A DNA stretch of 64,000 nt from Schizochytrium sp. TIO01 (lineage: Eukaryota > Protista > Bigyra: Labyrinthulomycetes), in contig SMSO01000035.1 of assembly GCA_004764695.1 (NCBI GenBank), forward strand, positions 1,612,001 to 1,676,000. Reading direction: 5' to 3'. This document shows positions 55,284 to 64,000 of the stretch, piece after piece; position 1 is the stretch's first letter; the number at the start of each line of letters is the position of its first letter. The notes beneath the pieces were generated by a model that had not been told where the DNA came from, made no database searches, and saw only the letters and a list, made by a program, of their open reading frames with translations. Made by a program: the position numbers and the translations under genes.

Positions 55284-56022
55284 GCAAAAGTCCAATCTAC
55301 CCAGCAGTCACAAGAGATCTGCGAAAGCAATAGCCCCGCCCTTGGCTGCCAATTACCACCAAATCAAAAACAGAAACCTTAGATACCTTCAGTGATGAGC
55401 CCCCAGAATAAGAAAAGCAAATTTGAGAAGCAGCTCGAACAAATTAGTTCCGAGCTCAGCTGAAAACGAGTTCTTTATAGCTAGACGAAGCTATCTGAAA
55501 AGGATCAGGAAACGGCAAGCACGCCCTTACCGGTCTCGAGGGTGGAGAGAAACTTGAAGTCCCTCGCACAAAGAGTGCGTGAGTGGGTTTTATTTAGTTC
55601 TTCGTTGTGAGCACTCCCAGGACGCTGGCTTGCTCGATCCCTCGCACCTCCTCGGCCACGTTTAGCACGCTAGCACGCTAGCACGCTAGCACGCACGCAA
55701 GCAAACAAACACGCGTCCACGAAGTCGATGCTTCCCGAGCGAAGCAATGAAGCGTGCTGATGTGCTAATGCTCCAATCGGCAAAGGAATAATGCAGGAAT
55801 GAATAATAGATGAATGAATGTATTGTGTTGTATTGTGTTGTGTTGCCTTTGCCTGTGTTTGTGCTGATTATTTCTTTCTATGAATAGTATGAAGCCTAGT
55901 ATTATAAACTTGATTCATCTAGTTCTAGGTAGTAAGCAAGTTGGTAGGTAGCAGTAGTAGTAGTGTATTTGTGTTGCTTTCTTCTCTCTTTGTTATCCGT
56001 AAGTGGGAATGTTGGAGAGAAT

Positions 56023-56058
<36 letters not shown>

Positions 56059-58937
56059 AAAGAGAAAAAAGCCTCGTGCACACGACCCAGCAAGCCCTCC
56101 CGAGGCTAAACGCACAGGCCCACACGACTGCCAGGAAGGCGGCATAGACAGGGGCAGCGGTGGAACCAAGGACGAACTCGGGGCTCCAGCCCTCGCGAGA
56201 TCCCTCGAGAGAGCTGCCACCTGCTCCAAGCCTCGGCAGCAGGAGCAGGAGCAGGAATAGTCTCTCTCCCTCTTTCCCTCTTTGCCAATTCTTAGTAGTA
56301 GGTAGGAACTATGTACTGTAGAGAAAGGGGTAGGTGCACAGTAGGACTTCGTCGCAGGTGTTTAAAGTGTGTGGGCAACGATGCCTAGTCCCTAAGAGGA
56401 GATGGCTTACCGAAGGTATTTGCGTAGAGGTCTCGAATTCCTTTCTTCAAGCCAGAGAGAGATGGGGATGCTACTGGAGTTCCTTTCTCCAAACTAGAAA
56501 TTAGGATGATAGAGAGAACCCTATTTCTGTTCACAACACGGAAGTGAAATTTTGCAAAAACACGCGGCAGGGAAGAAGTCGCATTCTAAATAGTGATGAC
56601 AACCTTCATATTATTTTTAAGTTGGTGGTATAGGTATAGACTTCACAAGACATTGGGCACATAGGAACATGAATTATAGAAAATGATGAAGAAGGACTTC
56701 AGCTACCATTATATTTGTGTTAAACTTTTTGCGACAGATGAAATGATTGGAGTCAGATTTATCTCTATTATTTTTGTTTCAAAGATCGAGGAAGGATTAA
56801 TAATGGCGATAAACTATTCGCCCAATTGCTCGATTGCCACTCTACTATTCTGTTTGATGTATTCACATGCAACCAAGTCTATTGGTTTGGAATGCTAATT
56901 TATTTGTTGATATAAATATTCACATTTCATATGAATGAAAAGGGCGAAACAGATCTCAAGATACTAATAAATCAAGTATATTTTTTAATCTCAATATTTG
57001 AACGCAGAGGAACGATATATTTGTCACAGCTGCGGAAATATGTGACCATGCAATCATACCTCTCGGGTATTTTCCTTTTCTCTAGCTTTTTTTTAAAACT
57101 ACACTAGCAACTCAACGTTCACTGTTTTGGGCTCCTTTGTCTACACCAGAGATGCTACCGAAAACTCACCATGAAGCGTATACCATGTAGAAGTTCATAT
57201 GAAATTAATCTCTTGTAAGAGCTTTGGTGTGGGAAACTTAGATAAGTCCCGTTAACAAAGTTAAACCTGTGCTTAGGTAATCATGCACATTTTTGTACTA
57301 GAAGAAGAAGTACAACATACATATGAACGAAGCGGTCAGGTTCTACATTATTCCATTGAAATTGCTGATATACTGCAAAAGTTATGTCGAGAGAAAAGGG
57401 TGGAAAACATCTGGCAGAGCAATCAGACTAAGTGCAATTATTTTGATCTCACATGTTACATTTGGTCAGCTTCCCGTCCCATTCACAATTTGAATGCAGG
57501 CAAGTTTTTAGCACAAATAAAAGTTTGAGCCAATTTCGGTTTTATTAGAATGTTAAAAGAACAAAGACCTTTGCAACACATGTTTGAGATCGGTATATTG
57601 ATGTATACTCAGGCCGCCTTCGTCGATTAAAAAATATATACAATCAAAAAACTGTGATCATTTTCGGATCGAAATGAAGCAAACATGGTCTAGAATAGAA
57701 AATTTGAACATAAAACAAAAAATTTAAAAAAGAAAAGGGCTCATAAGGCCTCGCCCCCTACCCATCCTTCCTCGTGCGTGATATGCAGTTCAACATTCAA
57801 GTATTTAACTAACGCTGTTGAAGGTGATGTAAACATGCCATCATTAATTTCCAAGAGAACCAGGATAAGGCTTAAACGAATAGGATCTGTGAAGAGGTTA
57901 AAATATACAACAAATTAGAGTGGTTGATTTGGACCCAAAGGTGTACCACACGAACTTGTAAGAAATTATGGTAGCCAAAACTCGAATATTCATGAAAGGT
58001 GTTATCGTGCCTCTTCGATCCTGTCTATTGTAGATAATATCTATCATAATCGATCAAATGTTACGTGGATCAGCTTACCGGAGAAGTTATTTCGATGTGA
58101 GCTAACCAAAACCTCCTCCAACTAAAGTTTTCCATTCATTCCTAAATTTTATTTCATTTTAAAATAGCTCGCCACTCTGACTCTATCTTGAGATCTCCAA
58201 CTGAAGGGGTATGTGGATAAGAGATTGCTAGAGCTATTGGCGTGCGATTGTGAGTCCTAGAAATATAGGACTGATCCTAAAAATATATAGACCTAGTCAA
58301 ATGGATATGTTGTTGTGAACCAAGGAAGTCAACTGTGGACTCTCAAAAGAATGCAAATGATGAAATCTAAATTGATGCTTAGAGATGTGAGGTAATCTAG
58401 CCTCTTAAATTATACATTATACAGATCAATCTCCATATTTATATAATGACCTGAATCAGTCTGCCTTGGAATCTCAATTTCATAGACAGCAGATTGCTAA
58501 CTCTAAAAGTCGAGGGTTACTAAGACTTCATTAATATTCTTCAAGACTTTTCGAAGCCGATTGCCTCTATCTTCATAGTCAATTTCCTGCTGATGAGACT
58601 CGTCACTCAGTCCACTAGCGGGTCAAATAACAATCGTCTACAAACGTCGAAGGATACCAAATTCTAATAGCTAGTATCAAAACAAAGGAAGCAAGACTTT
58701 TCCGAATGAGATAGGTTTGTTGGTATAAATGCTTCCACCTACTACTATCAGCATCTGATTTGTTAATTTCAATTCGAAAAATACCAACAGATTTGCGTTT
58801 GCCTGAATTCCAATTAACCAAACGGTTCCAAATGTTGATATTCGTAGTGCCTTTTTCCTATTTCTATTTCATTGTGCTGTTATTCGAAGAAATATTGACC
58901 TTTGAATTACAGGATTAAACCGTGCGCAGTTGTAGGT

Positions 58938-59990
58938 TCACTGACTGTCAGTAGATGCAGCTGTGTGCAATGTGGATGGTTTAGTATCCGAAGTTGTCTT
59001 CAAAGGATCACTTTTGCCTGCATCCGCAGACCGTATCTTTGAAACGTTCTTTCGAGGCGACCCTAGCCAAGCAACTGTTGTAATTGCCAGAGTACCCACC
59101 ATATTGCATAGCGAGTCAACAGGCTGAAGAATCCAAGTTAACTGATATGTGTGCGCTTTTGCTATGCTCCGTGGACTTGTAGAAATAACAGTGATTGTAC
59201 ATAAGAATATAATTGTAGAGAAAATTGTAAGGGAGGTCCATTTCAAGTTGCGTCGAGCAATATTCTGCATCCTCTTGGCGTTTACTGACAAAATTTGATG
59301 ACCTTTAACCTCACGAATCTGTCGAAGAACAGGATCTAAAAATAAAAACAAAAACATGGTCGAAAGGCTCGTGTCGATCACGTTGAACATCGCTGCGACC
59401 CACCAAGGGTGGTCTTGAACGCAAATTTCCCCAAAGAATACTTTCCCATGAACAAACAGCGCTACAATCAAGAGAAACATTGGTATACTATAGGTCACGA
59501 TCATCGCCAACTTCCAAAGGGTGTTCACACATGCACGGCTGTTTTCACCATGACCAGTTATTGACGCACGCCTTAAGAAAATTGCATAACTAAATCCGTT
59601 TCCCATCACATATGTAAACGATGGCAGACTACCAATATATGCGCAAATCCACCAGAGTGAGGGATCGAGATTACTGATCGCGAATACAAAGATTGTCAAG
59701 TTGCCGATAGTCATACACATCATATGAATGACTACAAAGTTTAATATACGTTGCTGAGAGGCTATCTTTCGTTTTTGGATTTCTTTCCTTGTCCAGATTA
59801 TATATATGAACCACAAAACTCCAAATATACTCGCCACACCACTTGTCGCAGCTTGTGCTGAGCGAAATTTTTCTGCAGGGTCTGTTGGTGCCACATCGGT
59901 GAAAAATAAAGTTGTTCTGGCTGAACGCTCTCCATACATCTCCCAGATACTCATTGCTTCAGGATCTCGCGTCTCATTTCTGTCAACCAT
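58938..59990 (-). CDS. Seven-transmembrane (GPCR-like) protein, paralog 1
   Basis: 350 aa with seven hydrophobic segments, a Cys at the start of TM3 (WWIC) and in loop 4-5 (EICVQ), and a Ser/Thr-rich C-tail. Clear similarity to 62473-63429. Confidence 0.85.
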   Translation of the reverse strand: MVDRNETRDPEAMSIWEMYGERSARTTLFFTDVAPTDPAEKFRSAQAATSGVASIFGVLWFIYIIWTRKEIQKRKIASQQRILNFVVIHMMCMTIGNLTIFVFAISNLDPSLWWICAYIGSLPSFTYVMGNGFSYAIFLRRASITGHGENSRACVNTLWKLAMIVTYSIPMFLLIVALFVHGKVFFGEICVQDHPWWVAAMFNVIDTSLSTMFLFLFLDPVLRQIREVKGHQILSVNAKRMQNIARRNLKWTSLTIFSTIIFLCTITVISTSPRSIAKAHTYQLTWILQPVDSLCNMVGTLAITTVAWLGSPRKNVSKIRSADAGKSDPLKTTSDTKPSTLHTAASTDSQ

Positions 59991-62472
59991 AGCAAAAGCT
60001 AAGCATGCATCACGTTGTCTTCTATTCTCGGAATTGATGCATGATTGCTAATGCACGTTTACCGCAACCTTGAATCCCTTCAGAATGTCAAGTTGTATTG
60101 AATAGCATACGGTGATTACAACAAGGCCCCTGGACACATAGGTCAAGGGTAATAAAGTGCTGCAGGTTTGCAGAAGAAAAAACGGATAGCTAGGTTACAT
60201 TCAAAGTTTTAGAAAATGGCTTCTCTTTCTGAATTTTTCCACTTCCAAGCAGAACACTTTGCATACTATATCATTCATGCGAGTAAATTCATTGGTTCTC
60301 GTCGAGTATTGATGATAGGTTGGGAAACACATGCAATGCCCCATTCTAAGTTATAAAATTTGACACTCCAAAAGCTAAAAAAGAAGGTACTGCTGGCTGC
60401 AGTCCGTCAAATATTTTAAACGAGGAACATGGATTTGACCTATCGTTAGTTTCCAGTGGAGTCATCTTTATCCCGATCTTCCTACCAATCGACCGCAATG
60501 CCCTGCGATGGCCGAACGATCAAAATTGTTCTACTTTGTTAGATTTATCTTCTCAAGACCTAGACTTTCTTTGTGCTCTAACTTCCAATAATTAATAATT
60601 ATACCGGTAAGGAGAATCAAATAGATCACTTCAGTCTCAAAGAAAACGATTGTAAGGCAAGTTGGTATTAACTCAGGGTGCTTAACTAATACGAAAATCG
60701 TGAATGTAATATTTATATGGGGTAAATAGTATCTCAATCTATGTACCAAATTCGTTGCTGTGACCTGTGGAACCTGACTCTCCTGCAAGTAGTACTTCTT
60801 TTTTTCTTTTCTTCTTCTTTTTTATTTTTTACACAGGGCAAGAAACGGATATAGTGTCGCTCCTACCAACTACTATACAGGCTATTAATAGCGTCGTTGT
60901 TCATCTTTTGAAAAAGATGGTCTGATCAATTAATCCATCCAGCACGGTTTTTTGTCCAAAGTAAAGTGACAAGAAGAGGAAACGAGGAGATTTATTCTAC
61001 CTCTTTCTGCCAGGTGGGTATTTGTATATATATACATTACATTTGAAGTTATACATGATGTCACATTTACGTTATGCCTTTGTATCGACAGAAGTTGTTG
61101 CCTATATAATATAATTTTAGCAATAACCTATGGCTCTTGAGAAGCCAATGATACTCGATTAATTACGATCGCCGCACACTGGAGGGTTCACCCACTCTTA
61201 TGAACCTTGGTCCGGCTTTTAGTTTAGTATCCCGTTTTGTAATGCTGTTTGCATTTTTTTTAACTCAGGAGAAAGTAGTTCTCACCCTCCTTCGATTTGG
61301 GTAAGATATACGAAGTGAAACCTTTACAAAAAAACATGCAGTCCCTACTAAATTCATCATGCCTCTTCCAAAACTAAGAAAAATCAAAAACAAATATTTG
61401 ACTAAAAATCAAAGTTCAAAAAATGCTAAAACTTGTGCTGAAAAAATAGAATCTAGGATTAATCCGGTAGGATAGAGCATAGATCTCTATTTGGGGGAAA
61501 TCGGTTTTAAAACTTCTTTGCGTGGTATTGCTGAAAGCTAATCCCTTAGATGTCAGAGGTTGACTTGGATCATAAAGGCAAGAAGCTTTGGAAAGCATGA
61601 TAAACTTAAGGAGGTATTGTATAATTGGGCTTATAGAGAGAGCGATCTGCTAACCTTGGAGATGAATGGATATCCGGTTCAAATCTTCATTAGGAGTCTG
61701 AGACATACTTTTAATTTGTTCTTGCGCAGAACTCAAGATGGTTACATGAACTCATGTCCTCAACCACTGAGTGAGATTGTTCTTACATCATTCAGGGACC
61801 TAAATAATCAAGGGATTGTGTAGTACATTTTCACTCTTGAGTTTGCTTGATCTCGCCCCTTCGTATCTGATTATCAGGCTTTTATCATACACAAATTTTA
61901 ATAGTTCAAAACTTAGAACAGAGTGCCAAGGACTCTGCTGATGACTTGTCCACATGACCTGCTGAAAGGTGATTCTGATTAGCTTGAGGTTGACTGTAAA
62001 GATGAAGGCTTTAGGTTTGATGAAGAAGGTTGATTCAAGAGTTAGCGAACTGCTCTCCTGGAGAATGAATTCCAGGACAGATGGATTTATTTAGTAATTA
62101 GGGAGATTAAGACATTTTTGAAAGTGGTTAGAGATAATCGATGGGGTTAGGTTAATCCAACTTCTCCAAGCATCGATTCAAATTACACCATGCTTGGATG
62201 TAGGTAATGTGTATTCACACTTTTAGTTATTGGCTCCGGCAGCCGCATGAGTCTGGCTGCCCATTCTTGCTCTATTGTAAAACTTATGTCTACTGGGGTT
62301 CCATGAAGGGTCACCAAGAACCCTAGCAATGTTTTGTCCGCTAGTTCCTTCGATTGGAGATCTCAGCATGACCCTTCAATTGGCAATCTTAAAAACATCA
62401 CTTTCTAATTGAGAAAATCAATTTGTACGATACTCTGCTTAAGCATGCTCTTCAAGTGAAGATAGTTGTTGC

Positions 62473-63429
62473 TTACTCCTTCTCAGAGTTATTTGAGGTA
62501 TTGAAGTTTGAACTTGCTGCGGTCACGCGACTAGCGTTCTTTTTAGGTAGCCACGCCGCTGATGTGATCGCTAGTGTTCCAATCATATTGACCAAAGCAT
62601 CAATTGGCTGCCCAATCCAAGTTGCCATACGCACGGCCCCTTCGCGTTGCTGAGGAGTGTATGAAACCATAGCCATAAAAATAAATGTTGACATAATTGT
62701 GGTCGATGACCAGAGCAAATTTTTGCGAGCAGTAGCTCGCATTCTCTTCGATTGTACTGACATGATAGATGAAGCCTGGGCTGCCTTCATCTGCTGCCAA
62801 ACAGGCTCTATAAACAAATATAAAAAGGCCAACGAAAGGCTAGAATCAATTGTTGTAAACATCATAGCGAGCCACCACGGGTGATCTTGATAGCAAACAT
62901 CGGTGTAGATGATTTTGCCATTAATCAACAACCACATTATGATAATAAATCCTGGAATGTTATAAGTACCAAAGATACAAAAGTACCATAAATAACTCCC
63001 AAGCTTGCTTCGGTTGGAGATTGTTATCGATGCACTTGCACGCTTAAGAAAAATTGCGTAACTGAGTCCATTTCCTGCTACGTACGTTGTAGACGGCAAG
63101 GTACCAAGGATATTACAAATTCTCCATGCTGATTCAGGTGTTGGAATCAAAGTTAGACAAAGAGCAGTCAAAGAATTTAATGTCATGAAACATACGTGCA
63201 ATATAACCATTGTACAAATTTGTTTTTGGCCTTTTGTTCGCATTTTGTTTGATATAGTGAAATACGCGAGCATAATCAGTGCACATATTCCAAACACAGT
63301 AGTGATTCCATTACAGGCACCTTGAACCTTCAGAAGTGAATCAATCTGGTCTGTGTGAGTAAGGTTGCCATATTCTTCAGAGATGGTTGCCTCCTTTGTA
63401 CGAGCGATGTACTCATCAAAAAAACTCAT
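62473..63429 (-). CDS. Seven-transmembrane (GPCR-like) protein, paralog 2
   Basis: 318 aa. Shares LPSxTYVxGNGxSYAIFLxRA, CxQDHPWWxAxMF, ARxNLxW and TWIxQPxDxLxNMxGTLAIT with 58938-59990. Confidence 0.85.
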   Translation of the reverse strand: MSFFDEYIARTKEATISEEYGNLTHTDQIDSLLKVQGACNGITTVFGICALIMLAYFTISNKMRTKGQKQICTMVILHVCFMTLNSLTALCLTLIPTPESAWRICNILGTLPSTTYVAGNGLSYAIFLKRASASITISNRSKLGSYLWYFCIFGTYNIPGFIIIMWLLINGKIIYTDVCYQDHPWWLAMMFTTIDSSLSLAFLYLFIEPVWQQMKAAQASSIMSVQSKRMRATARKNLLWSSTTIMSTFIFMAMVSYTPQQREGAVRMATWIGQPIDALVNMIGTLAITSAAWLPKKNASRVTAASSNFNTSNNSEKE

Positions 63430-64000
63430 TCTGCTTTGAATCCTTCTTTAGTACTCCAGATATAAGATGACCAAGGCTTAATAATTAAGTTTTGCTTTTG
63501 GGAATTGTTTGGCTTCTACTCTTTGTTGTAAACTGGACCTTGCAACGAGTATTTTTCATTATTTGAAAGACAATGAAAGTTGACCTGGTTTGTTCGATCA
63601 GAATATCAAGCTGTTCCGTTGTAGCTGAAGTGAGAAGTGAGGTTGAGGGGGATAGATCGCCAATGAAGTTCATATGACTTAACGATAAACTATCTATTTA
63701 GTTCAGATTAATGCAAGGTTTTGACGACCAGGACTAGGTTGAGAATCCTTCCAGTGTGGGGGAGGCTGTCAACTTCCTCCAACGAATGATTAAAAAAAAT
63801 ATTAAAAAACATTTTTGTCAACTTGACCGAAAGAATTTGGCACTCTCCCATTGACATAACTTGACCCCAAATTTAACTCTAGGACAGGGAACACCTAACA
63901 TACTAGAGTTACTTTAAGGTTGATAACTCTTTGTATCCGTCTTCAATCTTCTGAGCGTTGAGTCCAGAGCTGTTACAAAAACAAGAATTCGTTTGTACAC

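Overview
Eukaryotic, intron-poor, microsatellite-rich genomic DNA. Gene content and intergenic style suggest a stramenopile, most likely a thraustochytrid (Labyrinthulomycetes); this is inferred, not proven. About 13 protein-coding genes are supported. They encode an N-myristoylated EF-hand protein running off the left edge (absent from the ORF track), a DOT1-like methyltransferase with one intron, PWP2/UTP1, a Sig1/Ocm-type EGF-rich mastigoneme-like protein (intron plus an apparent 1-nt frameshift), a membrane-anchored FIH-like JmjC oxygenase, an MPDU1-like PQ-loop protein, a twinfilin-type ADF-H plus villin-headpiece fusion, a histidine phosphatase, a large Q/N-rich AP2-domain transcription factor, a CobW/COG0523 GTPase, a membrane-anchored ubiquitin-fold protein and two paralogous 7TM proteins. 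A ~20.5 kb microsatellite-rich gene desert lies upstream of the AP2 gene. The most notable hidden element is a decayed Fanzor (eukaryotic TnpB-family RNA-guided nuclease) relic at ~25.6-26.3 kb on the minus strand. Stops and frameshifts hide it from the ORF track, but its motifs are in the correct order and it shows the rearranged-RuvC signature. Weaker relics include a collagen-like Gly-X-Thr repeat and a possible Penelope-like RT fragment. All motif assignments are by manual translation and recalled family consensus; no searches were run.
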